Shown: one piece after another, positions 9,602 to 18,770 of the stretch | Numbering within the stretch: the stretch's first letter is position 1 | Layout: the number at the start of each line of letters is the position of its first letter | From: Pyrinomonadaceae bacterium | GTDB taxonomy: Bacteria; Acidobacteriota; Blastocatellia; Pyrinomonadales; Pyrinomonadaceae | Reading direction: 5' to 3' | Assembly (NCBI GenBank): GCA_035297925.1 | Contig: DATGYM010000411.1 | Span: 246 to 64,245 of the forward strand | DNA length: 64,000 nucleotides | Notes under the pieces: generated by a model | Seen by the model: the letters and a program-made list of their open reading frames with translations, nothing else | Told to the model about the DNA's origin: nothing | Databases searched by the model: none | Made by a program: the position numbers and the translations under genes

Positions 9602-12600
9602 CTAGTTGTGTCCGGCTCGGTGAACGGTTGGCGCGACGGAAGTTTGGTCATCACGGTTCTGCTTGTCCTGCTGGTTCTGCTCATCCATCTGAGCAGGCAA
9701 AGTAACAGTAAGGTGACTCCCGTCAGCCCAGTAGTAGGTCCCTGATGCTGTACCTACATCGGGGACAGACCCGCTCCCAGGAACCCCGATGAAGCCCGGG
9801 TTTGAATACTCGTACGGACTCGTATAAGTCTTCCCCTTGATGGTGATACCTTTAAGGCCGATGTGGTGAGAATTGGCAATAACCCTAAAGTTCTCCATCT
9901 GCAGGTATATGGGATCAGACTCGGGAATGCCGAGCTTCCCTAGCCAGTAGGGGAATCCGGTCAAGTTCGGGTCCCGGTCAACGGAAAACCCGAACATATC
10001 CGACAATATGTGGTACCCAGGACCTTTCGCGTGTGGCGATTTTGGTCCCCCTTTGTCCTGCCATGAATGGTCATTGAAGCCATTATTCAATTGCTCTGGC
10101 AGCACCTTAGGGAAGTGTATGCGCCATTTCGCCGGGTTGAAAATGTTTAGTAAACCCTTCGGGAATCCGACAGCGTTCCGCCAATTATCAGCTTCGCCAG
10201 CCTCTTTAGCCCGCTGCCACGGGTCGCTACATCCACCGATAACGCAACCCCAGAACGTAAAAATCTCATGTTGATCCTGGGAGTGTTGTCCGTTAGGGTC
10301 TGTATACCTGATCGGGTTATTCAACGCATAGGTATAACGGTTGAGCGTTTGAGGACTGCCTAGACTCGCACGCGCGTCTAAAGGATCGACCGTCATGAAT
10401 CGACCCAGCGTGCTACTGAAGTATCTAGCCCCGAAGTAGTCGAGACCCGTCTCCGAGTCCCGCTCCTTGCCCGTGAACTTGTAGGTGTTGTCGAAGCCGT
10501 CGACGACGCGACGCTCGACACCCCATGGATCGTAGTCCGACTCGGCCTTGATGTTCCCGGTGGAGTCAGTGATAACCGAAGCAGTCTTCAGGTGATCCGA
10601 AAAGTAGTAGAAGATCTGACCGTTCGGGTCCTTGCGCGCCACCCGAGTCCCGTTGAAGAAAACGTATTCCTTCGGATTGTTGCCGGCCAGATCGGTCTCG
10701 GCAATCACACCTGCTGAAGCATACCAGTAGAGCGTGCCCGTCGTGCCGTTGCTCTTTTTCACTCGGTTGCCAGCGGCGTCATATACATAGGTATAGCCGT
10801 TGGCGCCGTTCATCCGATTCTCGGCGTCGTAGTTGTAGGTAAAGACGCCGTCATTAGTCAGGTTGCCGGCGGCGTCGAAAGTGTAGTTGCTAATTGCATT
10901 ACCGGCCGCGTCGAGCGAATTGACTAACTGGTTCTTGGTATTCACGCTCCAGGTTTGATTGACGGCGCCGCATTTCGTCAGAGTCTTTGCCAGCAGGTTG
11001 CCCCAAGCGTCATAGGAATAGCTGTTGCCCCAGTTTTTGGTGTTACTGTCAGCCAGCCGCGCACTACAGTCCGTGCCGGCGGTCTGAGCCGATGTCAAAC
11101 GGTCGAGGGCGTCATAGGTCAAGCTCTCGCCGCGGTCGGGATCCTTGAAGTTAGTAATGCCCCAGACATTGCCGTTGTCACTGCCGCTCGTGCCGTTGCC
11201 AACATGAAAGTCATAGCCGAGCGAAAATACCTTCTGCTGGCTGGGCCTGACAGCCGAGACGTTGACCGGCTGCAACCGATGGTTATAGGTAAAGGAGTTG
11301 GTGATCCCGGCAAAGGCCGTGCTGTTGCCATTGACAAAGCCGGTGATGGACCTGTCCGGAGCATAGCTCGCTCCGGTAACGTAGTTGATGCCGTTCACAC
11401 TATCGGTGACCGAAGTTATGCGTCCGGCTGCATCAGGTGTGTAAGTGACGGCCGCCCCGCTCGGGTAATGAATGACTTTCACTGAGCCGTCGAGGTTGTA
11501 GTCGTAGCTCACTTGCTTGCTGATGCTGCCGATCGTCCGCTGCTCTGCAATCACGCGACCTAAAGCGTCGTAGCTGTATTTCGCTGAGCCGGCCTGATCG
11601 ACGAGACTGCTTAGCTGGCCCTTGGCATCAGTTCCCACGTCGTAGGTATAACTGACCACGGCCGTTCCTGCCGGCAGGCGTCCGTTCTGGCAGGTCTGCG
11701 GAGTGTAGGCCTTGCCTGTAGGCCGATTGAGAGCGTCATAGCAGAAACTGAGGGTCGTTTTGGCCGTACCAGTTTGGTTGGCTGCCGGCGAAGTCTTCTG
11801 CAGCACGTTCCCGGCATTGTCATAGCTGTAAGTGATCGTCCCCGATTCAGGGTTGGTGGCCGTCAACAAGCGTCCCAGCGTGTCATAAGTAAAGCTGCGA
11901 ATGCGCGGGGCCGTGCCGTCGCCGTTCTGATTCACGTTCAGCAGATTGCCCAGCGCGTCATAGTTGTATTGGGTCACATAAGGGTTGTTGTTCAGCGCAT
12001 CGCCATCCTTGCCCCCGCTGAACGCAGAGGTCGAAGTGTTGAACGATGCATTGGTGAAACTCGTGCTGTGCGTGGCACTAGCGGTCAGCGTGTAACTGTT
12101 GATCGCCGATCCCTTCGCCTTGCTGGTTAAGTTGATCGCGCTCCCCTGCGTGGCAATCACCTGGACAGCGTCAATCAGGGCAGTGTTGTCACCACCCACC
12201 GAATCGCGCCCCACGAACTTCAACGTGTGCGTTCCTGCGGTGGTGGTGAAAGCGCTCGTGGAGAGAGTCGCATAGGTACTGCCGGCCGGACGGAATGTCC
12301 CCAGCAGCGTAGTGTCCAGATAGATATCAAAGTCCTGCGCGTTGCCGCCGCGTTGCGCTGCTTTGAAACTAACGGTATAGCTCACTCCGCCCTGGAATCC
12401 GCTCAGCGACTGTGAAAAGAAATTCGCCGAACCTCCCTGCAGGAACGCCACCTGAGTCCCATCCGGTGCCGGCGGGTTCAGGTTCGTGAAGCCAGTGCCA
12501 TTCGCAGTCAAGCCGGCCCCGCCGGTGAAGACTCCGTTGGTCAACCCATTCCCCTGACTGAAGGTCCAGTTGCCGCCAGCCGGATGATACTGCCAAGCGC

Positions 12601-15600
12601 CCGCACCCGAACCCAGCGATGGCGACTCAAATCCTGAGCCCGGCACCGCAACGTTGTTGTTCACAGTCGCAGTAGCAGTGACCAGCGCGGCTCCGTCCGC
12701 CGCGATCTGGCCGACCAGGCCATTGACGATGGTGCCCGTAGTATCGCTGGCCCCGTAGGTGTAGACGTATGAGGTGCCACCGTTGATGGCCAGGCTCACC
12801 GTCCCGTTGTCCGATATGGGGGCAGTTCCCGTGATTTGCACACTGTCGATCAGCGCCGTGTTATCACCACCCACCGAATCCCGGCCCACGAACTTTAAGG
12901 TGTGCGTGCCCGCCGTAGTGCTGAAAGCGTTGGTGGAGAGAGTGGTGTAGGTACTGCCTGCCGGACGGAATGTTCCCAGCAGAGTCGCGTCCAGATAGAC
13001 ATCAAAGTCCTGCGCGTTGCTGCCGCGTTGCGCGGCCTTGAAGCTGACCGTGTAGCTGCCTCCGGCCTGGAAGCCGCTCAGCGACTGCGAAAAGTAATTC
13101 GCTGAACCTCCCTGTAGGAACGCCACCTGCACCCCTTCGGGCGCGGGTGGATTCAGATTTGTGAAGCCCGTGCCGTTCCCGGTCAAGCCGGCCCCACCAG
13201 TGAATGTTCCGTTGGTCAATCCATTCCCCGGGCTGAAGGTCCAGTTGCCGCCCGCAGGATGATACTGCCAAGCGCCGGTTCCAGTACCCAGCGAGGGCGA
13301 TTCGAAACCCGAGCCCGGGACCGTGACATTGCTGCTCCCCATCGCGGTTTGCTCTGCTCCAATCACGTTGACACTGGCGGTGCCCGCCGTGGCCGCCGCA
13401 TTCGGGTTAGGCTCATCCACCTCGACCAAACGTCCCAGGCCGTCGCTACAGGTGCGGCGCTGATTACCAGCTTCGTCCGTGGTTGTGGTGCAGTCACCGG
13501 CTGAGGCAGTTCCGCTTTGGTTGTAGACAGCCATCGAAAAACTGCCATCTTGTTTGGTGACTTGCGTCGCCCGTCCCAGGGCATCATATTGTGTCTTGAT
13601 AATGCCGTAAGTTGGATCCGTAGTTGAGACATATGGATTGGTAACACTAATCACGCGATCCAGCGCGTCGTAGGTCGTCATCATCGTGACGTCGGTAGGA
13701 GGCGTCTTGTGCACGCCCTTGAAGGGGCGCCCCAGCCCATCGAGATAAGCAAACGAATCATCATCAGGCAAGCTCGCTGTAGTCTTCTTCAACTTTTCCG
13801 TGTAAGCCGGCAGCACCCCAGGCGCTGAGTAGTTGAAACTAACTCGCCCTCCGTCCGGAAAACTGGCGACTGTTATCCGCGAGAGAGAGTCGTACCCGTA
13901 GGTAGTCGTGTGGGCCGCATCTCCGGGCGTATTGCCCGAAGCCATGGCGGTCCCATTCTGATTGGTAAAGCTGGTCAGAAGTCCGGTAGTAAAGTCATAC
14001 GTGCCGCTCACGCAGTGATTCAACGCGTCACAGGTCTTCGTGGGAAAGGCTCCGGCATAAAACAGATCGTAGGACTGGGTGCTCGTGTGGTTCAACGGAT
14101 CGATTGCCTGATACGCCATCCCCGTATCGAACCAGTTCGTGTGACTGACGACCATCGTGTTGCTGGTGTTCAGCCACTTGCTCACTGAAGTGAGATTGCC
14201 GCGCACGTCATTCGGCGCTGCCACATGGGTCCCCACCGGCAACGCTCCATTCATCGCCTCGTAGTTCTGCAGATACCCGACCTCGTCATAACCGTAGTCA
14301 GTTTCTGCCGCACAAGGCTTGGTTGTGCCGGCTCCGTCTACCGGACACACCGGCTTCGTATTGTTGGCAGAGTTCGGATCGACCACCACTACTGACGCCG
14401 GCAGATCGAGCAAGTTCGCTGTCAGGTAACGGCTGTCCTTTTGCCATTGATAGACCGTGTCGGTCTCGCGCAGCAATGGACCCGGCGCTCCCTGGCCCCA
14501 GTCGTATTCAAGCTCCTGCGCCACCAAGCCAAAGGTCGGCTGGCTGGGATCTCCCGGACCTGGATCAGGCGTCCGCTGCACCAGCTTTACCTTGCCGCTC
14601 GGGTAAACAGTAGTTTTGTACGAGTTGGCGAAGATGTAGAAGGCTTCTCCCCCGAGCTTATTCACATAGGTCGTGTCCACCTGCTTGAGCAGCTGCCGGG
14701 AACTCCCAGTCCCCTGGTATTCCTGCGTGGTTGTTTCGTAGTAGAGCGAGCAGGAGGCCAACAACGCACTAAAGACATGAACAGTATCATTCCCCAGAGG
14801 GTCAGTGACCGTGTTGGTGATGACCCCATTGGTAGGCGCTCCAAAAGCATAGCGCCAAGGGAACGAATGACCGTTGTTATCATTGATCGTTCGCGTCGCC
14901 ACCGCGCGACTGACAGTGGTGGGGCTGCCACAGCTCGGCGCCGCAATCGTCTGCCACGTGTAATCGATCGAGCCCCCCAACGGCAGACCCAGATGCGTCA
15001 CATTCCCATAGCTGTCGTAGTCGAACTTCCAACTCGTGCCGTCCGGCATCACTATCGTCACCAACATCGCCCCCAAATACGGTTGTGTCACTCCGGGGGC
15101 GCTCTGACCTTCAGTCACCGCGACGGGACTACCATTGGGCCCCGCCGGGGCCGTCGCGCCAAACGCCGTCTGGATATTCACATTGGCATAACAGAGCTTG
15201 AACTGACTGGGCGCGGCATTCCCGGTTGAGTTGAAGCCCGCATAGTTGTTCAGCGTCGCCGAAGCCAGCGGCCAGGTGTTACTGACGCAGCCGCTGTAAT
15301 CGCTGGTGGGTGTAGTGCCTGTAAACGAAGTGAACGGCCGCCCCATCGTGTCCGACATTCCCGTACCTGACAACGTCAACACGTTGCCGTTAACGTCCGT
15401 AATGGTTCCCGTCCTCGAGGCTTGCACACAAGTAATCGTTGACGTGTTGCCGTTCAGACCATTGTTCACCTCCGGCTTACTACACCGTCCGAAAAAGCCA
15501 ATCTGATACCGGTTGCCGTTGCGATCTATCAGCACTCCACCCCCAGAGATGCCGGTCTCTGAATCCGTCCCAGTCAAATCCAGGTGGTAGCCGCTCAAGT

Positions 15601-16141
15601 CCCCCGCGTCGTAGGACAGTGGATCTCCATTGCTGTCCAACACCGCATTCGGGCTCGCAAACAAATTATGCTTCGCCCCATCCGCCGTGCTCAGCGAGTA
15701 ACCATGCGCATCGTATGACACTCCCCACGAATCACTTGTGGTGGTCGTCTCGCGATGCACGCTGAGGTCCAGTGTGTGGTCAAACCCCACCCCGCTACCG
15801 GCCTCCGCGATTAACGCCGCGATCCCGCCACGTCCAAGCGTCCAGTAGCAACTCGTCGGAGCGCCTGTCTGCGGCAGACTGCACTGCACCCACCAATTCT
15901 TCGAACTGATCGTCAGCAGGTTGAGCAGATTCATCTTCCCCCCTCGCTGCGGATAGCTGAACGGCATCGGCAGATGCAGCATCAGGTTGCCGTTCATCGT
16001 ATTGATCGTATCGATGTTGCTGCCGTCATACGACCCGTACGCTTTGTAGCCGTTCTCCAGGTTCGGCTGCGTCTGACCAAACACTGACATGCTCGCCGCA
16101 AACATGATTGCCAATAACAACTGCATTCTGCTCGTTCTCAT
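9602..16141 (-). CDS. RHS/YD-repeat family toxin with Sec signal peptide, duplicated beta-sandwich insert and variable C-terminal domain
   Basis: Signal peptide MRTSRMQLLLAIMFAASMSVFGQ with GGAG 7 nt upstream of ATG 16141. There are many YDxxGN/R repeats. The RHS core end is GKERDSETGLDYFGARYFSSTLGRFMTVDPL...NRYTYALNNPIRYTDPNGQ, followed by a 227-aa tail. Confidence 0.95.
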   Translation of the reverse strand: MRTSRMQLLLAIMFAASMSVFGQTQPNLENGYKAYGSYDGSNIDTINTMNGNLMLHLPMPFSYPQRGGKMNLLNLLTISSKNWWVQCSLPQTGAPTSCYWTLGRGGIAALIAEAGSGVGFDHTLDLSVHRETTTTSDSWGVSYDAHGYSLSTADGAKHNLFASPNAVLDSNGDPLSYDAGDLSGYHLDLTGTDSETGISGGGVLIDRNGNRYQIGFFGRCSKPEVNNGLNGNTSTITCVQASRTGTITDVNGNVLTLSGTGMSDTMGRPFTSFTGTTPTSDYSGCVSNTWPLASATLNNYAGFNSTGNAAPSQFKLCYANVNIQTAFGATAPAGPNGSPVAVTEGQSAPGVTQPYLGAMLVTIVMPDGTSWKFDYDSYGNVTHLGLPLGGSIDYTWQTIAAPSCGSPTTVSRAVATRTINDNNGHSFPWRYAFGAPTNGVITNTVTDPLGNDTVHVFSALLASCSLYYETTTQEYQGTGSSRQLLKQVDTTYVNKLGGEAFYIFANSYKTTVYPSGKVKLVQRTPDPGPGDPSQPTFGLVAQELEYDWGQGAPGPLLRETDTVYQWQKDSRYLTANLLDLPASVVVVDPNSANNTKPVCPVDGAGTTKPCAAETDYGYDEVGYLQNYEAMNGALPVGTHVAAPNDVRGNLTSVSKWLNTSNTMVVSHTNWFDTGMAYQAIDPLNHTSTQSYDLFYAGAFPTKTCDALNHCVSGTYDFTTGLLTSFTNQNGTAMASGNTPGDAAHTTTYGYDSLSRITVASFPDGGRVSFNYSAPGVLPAYTEKLKKTTASLPDDDSFAYLDGLGRPFKGVHKTPPTDVTMMTTYDALDRVISVTNPYVSTTDPTYGIIKTQYDALGRATQVTKQDGSFSMAVYNQSGTASAGDCTTTTDEAGNQRRTCSDGLGRLVEVDEPNPNAAATAGTASVNVIGAEQTAMGSSNVTVPGSGFESPSLGTGTGAWQYHPAGGNWTFSPGNGLTNGTFTGGAGLTGNGTGFTNLNPPAPEGVQVAFLQGGSANYFSQSLSGFQAGGSYTVSFKAAQRGSNAQDFDVYLDATLLGTFRPAGSTYTTLSTNAFSTTAGTHTLKFVGRDSVGGDNTALIDSVQITGTAPISDNGTVSLAINGGTSYVYTYGASDTTGTIVNGLVGQIAADGAALVTATATVNNNVAVPGSGFESPSLGSGAGAWQYHPAGGNWTFSQGNGLTNGVFTGGAGLTANGTGFTNLNPPAPDGTQVAFLQGGSANFFSQSLSGFQGGVSYTVSFKAAQRGGNAQDFDIYLDTTLLGTFRPAGSTYATLSTSAFTTTAGTHTLKFVGRDSVGGDNTALIDAVQVIATQGSAINLTSKAKGSAINSYTLTASATHSTSFTNASFNTSTSAFSGGKDGDALNNNPYVTQYNYDALGNLLNVNQNGDGTAPRIRSFTYDTLGRLLTATNPESGTITYSYDNAGNVLQKTSPAANQTGTAKTTLSFCYDALNRPTGKAYTPQTCQNGRLPAGTAVVSYTYDVGTDAKGQLSSLVDQAGSAKYSYDALGRVIAEQRTIGSISKQVSYDYNLDGSVKVIHYPSGAAVTYTPDAAGRITSVTDSVNGINYVTGASYAPDRSITGFVNGNSTAFAGITNSFTYNHRLQPVNVSAVRPSQQKVFSLGYDFHVGNGTSGSDNGNVWGITNFKDPDRGESLTYDALDRLTSAQTAGTDCSARLADSNTKNWGNSYSYDAWGNLLAKTLTKCGAVNQTWSVNTKNQLVNSLDAAGNAISNYTFDAAGNLTNDGVFTYNYDAENRMNGANGYTYVYDAAGNRVKKSNGTTGTLYWYASAGVIAETDLAGNNPKEYVFFNGTRVARKDPNGQIFYYFSDHLKTASVITDSTGNIKAESDYDPWGVERRVVDGFDNTYKFTGKERDSETGLDYFGARYFSSTLGRFMTVDPLDARASLGSPQTLNRYTYALNNPIRYTDPNGQHSQDQHEIFTFWGCVIGGCSDPWQRAKEAGEADNWRNAVGFPKGLLNIFNPAKWRIHFPKVLPEQLNNGFNDHSWQDKGGPKSPHAKGPGYHILSDMFGFSVDRDPNLTGFPYWLGKLGIPESDPIYLQMENFRVIANSHHIGLKGITIKGKTYTSPYEYSNPGFIGVPGSGSVPDVGTASGTYYWADGSHLTVTLPAQMDEQNQQDKQNRDDQTSVAPTVHRAGHN
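11981..13330 (-). repeat. Tandem 675-bp (225-codon) intragenic duplication encoding two CBM/galactose-binding-like beta-sandwich modules
   Basis: Unit 1 is 12656-13330 and unit 2 is 11981-12655. The first ~500 nt of each unit align without gaps at roughly 85 percent identity by eye. The protein units are VPGSGFESPSLG.G.GAWQYHPAGGNWTF...AFLQGGSAN.FSQSLSGFQ.G.SYTVSFKAAQRG.NAQDFD.YLD.TLLGTFRPAGSTY.TLST.AF.TTAGTHTLKFVGRDSVGGDNTALID.VQ. Confidence 0.9.
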
Positions 16142-16975
16142 AAATTTCTCCGTTAGAAAAGGTAATGTTGTTCGATCAGTTTCCCCGACCGTGAACTGGT
16201 GGTTTGCTAAGACTGGCAACCAGCAAACGCACCTGCCATCCTTCGTCGCAAACGCCAGTTGCCTCATATCTCACGTCAGGGGCGCACTTCGGCTCGCAGA
16301 CGCCAACTGAATGCGGCCCAAACTCAACTGTTCTGCTGTTAGGACGAGACCGAGCCGCCGACCTGCCAATCCGAAGTCATGGATTGGCCCGACAAACTCT
16401 CAACACTGGCTGGTCTAACTTCAGGGTTTGCTACTTGTCATTAAACACAAGTCGCTTAACCTGTCTGGGGAAATGAAGCGCGGAAAGAATAAATCACCTG
16501 GCGGAAGAGTTGGAGGTGCCAATGGTCACGATTTAGCGTCACGGATTGGACGGATCAATCTAAGGCAACAAAACAGCCACCGTCCGCTTGTCCGTAATGA
16601 ATGCGACCGAGGTGCTGCCTGACATCTCTATCCGCTCTGACTGCGGACGAAAACATATGAGTAATGCTGTAAGCAGGGAACATCCTTCGCGGCGGATGAT
16701 GGCTGGAATATGGCGCTCTTGAATTTACTCTTGTGTTCTGGTCGTTGGCCTGTCGAGAAAGATACGAAACTCGCTAACCAAGGCTTCTCAGGTGTCCATT
16801 GTCACTCCGATCGTTTTCAGTTCTCGGATCTTTCATTCGGCGATCAATCTAAGTTCGGTGCGATCCGACTCTGATTCCGCGAGTGTTACGATTATTATTT
16901 ACGATTATTATTATTGAGATATGAGCAGAGTTAAGGAGGATGAGTGCCAATAGCTCTCTCCAGCAAAGCGCGCAG

Positions 16976-17797
16976 CTAGTGCTTCAGACGAACGGGCGTC
17001 ACCGCAGATGGGCACAAGTACTTTCGATATACACAAAGATCGCTCAGTAGATCCTTCGACGACTCCATGATCGCGTCCTTCTCCTTTTCGCCCACCATCA
17101 TGATGATGAAGTCGTCGCGACCGGGCGACATGCTCAACATAAATGGGTACTGACTAAAAGGGTTCCCGCCGATATCTGCATTCTTGACGTTCGGTGCATA
17201 GAACATGTAATGAGGCATGTTCATCGTGGCAGGCTCTGGTTGGGCACTAAAAACGGTGCGCATGATTGGCTCAATCATATAAGCAATGCCAACTCGCCCG
17301 GGATTTGGATACGCCGGAGTCCCGAATCTTTTAGTGACCTCACGATGCACGTCCTTTGCGCTCATACCTTTCGCCCTCAGTTCAGCGGCGTAGAAATAGT
17401 CCTGCATCAGGGTCTTCGCCCCTTCCGCATCGAAACACACCGGCCAGAAGATGTCGTCGCGAAACTCGCGGTCTGCAAATTGCCAATCACTACGGACCAC
17501 AATGCAGCTAACGCCGTTCGTGCCTTTGTGATTCAGGACATAGCCCACGGAGGGATCAAGAACATAGGTCGTAGCGCCCTCGCGCAAATGCGGCGGCGCC
17601 GCGCTCAAGGCATAACGTACTTCCAGCGACTCAGGCATTCGATCGAGTTTTACGGAGGAGTTTTGAATTACCCCGGCAGTATTGCTGCCAACGCCTTCAA
17701 AAAGCCCTCTGGCATCATTGGCCTCATTTCTGACTCGCGCAAGACACGTGACAGTAGCGAGCAGGAGCAGAATTGTTATCTGTGTTAGGGACTTCAT
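16976..17797 (-). CDS. Hypothetical secreted protein
   Basis: N-terminal signal peptide MKSLTQITILLLLATVTCLA and a 273-aa ORF. No family recognised. Confidence 0.6.
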   Translation of the reverse strand: MKSLTQITILLLLATVTCLARVRNEANDARGLFEGVGSNTAGVIQNSSVKLDRMPESLEVRYALSAAPPHLREGATTYVLDPSVGYVLNHKGTNGVSCIVVRSDWQFADREFRDDIFWPVCFDAEGAKTLMQDYFYAAELRAKGMSAKDVHREVTKRFGTPAYPNPGRVGIAYMIEPIMRTVFSAQPEPATMNMPHYMFYAPNVKNADIGGNPFSQYPFMLSMSPGRDDFIIMMVGEKEKDAIMESSKDLLSDLCVYRKYLCPSAVTPVRLKH

Positions 17798-18070
17798 GGT
17801 TTTAGTTCCTCCCATTCAATCTGCCCTGGGTCGCTCGAGGGGGCGTTTTGCCCCGAAATCCAGATAGTGCTTTAGACATTCGGAGGCCTGACGAACGAAT
17901 TTGCAGTTATTTCGAGCCGCCTGGCCCGCCTCGATAACTGTCGTTTCCGCCTGAACACGTCCGCTGGATGAATCGAAAAGCAACCGAGGAAGATATATCT
18001 CCGTGCCGGGAAAGGAACGTGCCATTCGTCACTGTCTGAGGTCACGGATCGAGCATGACCGGCGGAGAAT

Positions 18071-18724
18071 CTAGACCAGCTCGAGGTCTCTGCCTTTCAA
18101 AGCTGCCTGGGTTCGATCGCGAACCCCGAGTTTGCTCAGAATGTTAGTAATATGGTTTTTCACAGTGCCGGTGGCGATGAATAATTTGCCGGCAATTTCC
18201 TTATTGCTGGCCCCATTTGTAACATGTTTCAGGACTTCGCGTTCGCGTTCTGAGAGCAAATCCAGCTCAATTTTTCTGGCGTGCGTTGGCTTCTCTGAGA
18301 GACGTGCGAACTCAGCGATCACTCTTCTGGCGACAGAGGGTTGAATGACAGATTCACCGCGGGCTGAGAGGCGAATCGCTTCAAACAGCCTTTCTGGATC
18401 AACGTTCTTCAGCAAGTATCCTACGGCGCCGGCGCGCAGGCCCTCGAAGACGTTTTCGTTATCGTCAGATGTAGTGAGCGCGATGACCTGACAGTCGGGG
18501 AGTTCATCCCGCAGTCGATATATTACGGTGATTCCATCAAGCACCGGTAGATGCAAATCCATCAGGACGATTGCCGGCCGGTGCTGAATGGCGAGCTCAA
18601 TCGCTTCCACGCCATCAGCCGCTTCGTCTACGACCTCAAAATCGGGCTGGAGAGAGAGTAGCGTGCGCAACCCCTTCCGAAACAAAGCCTGAGCATCGCA
18701 AAGAAGAATTCGGATTGCCTTCAT
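18071..18724 (-). CDS. NarL/FixJ (LuxR-type) response regulator with no adjacent kinase
   Basis: Receiver domain IRILLCDAQ...VLMDLHLP (phospho-acceptor Asp) and a C-terminal LuxR HTH, LSEREREVLKHVTNGASNKEIAGKLFIATGTVKNHITNILSKLGV. Confidence 0.9.
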   Translation of the reverse strand: MKAIRILLCDAQALFRKGLRTLLSLQPDFEVVDEAADGVEAIELAIQHRPAIVLMDLHLPVLDGITVIYRLRDELPDCQVIALTTSDDNENVFEGLRAGAVGYLLKNVDPERLFEAIRLSARGESVIQPSVARRVIAEFARLSEKPTHARKIELDLLSEREREVLKHVTNGASNKEIAGKLFIATGTVKNHITNILSKLGVRDRTQAALKGRDLELV

Positions 18725-18770
18725 CTGGGTAGATTCACCTCGAAGCGAAAAAACCGAACTGGTTGATGGC

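Noticed and set aside
11981-13330. A diversity-generating retroelement (template/variable repeat pair) as the explanation for the two near-identical RHS segments
   Set aside because: Differences between the copies are of all substitution types and are not confined to adenine positions of one copy. No reverse transcriptase gene is present in the window. The units are in-frame tandem protein modules.
10955-15229. Plus-strand ORFs of 88-262 aa inside the RHS gene (for example 14441-15229 and 10955-11485)
   Set aside because: They are antisense to a strongly supported repeat-protein gene. Their translations are Arg/Pro/Gly-rich low-complexity sequences typical of antisense frames in GC-rich genes.
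17210-17788. 192-aa plus-strand ORF
   Set aside because: It is antisense to the 273-aa ORF, which has a clean signal peptide and ordinary composition. The plus-strand translation is Arg/His-rich with no start context.
17816-18025. 69-aa ORF between the LuxR-type regulator and the secreted hypothetical gene
   Set aside because: It is on the same strand and well placed, but it has no motif, no clear ribosome-binding site and unremarkable composition. Support is insufficient to report it as a gene.
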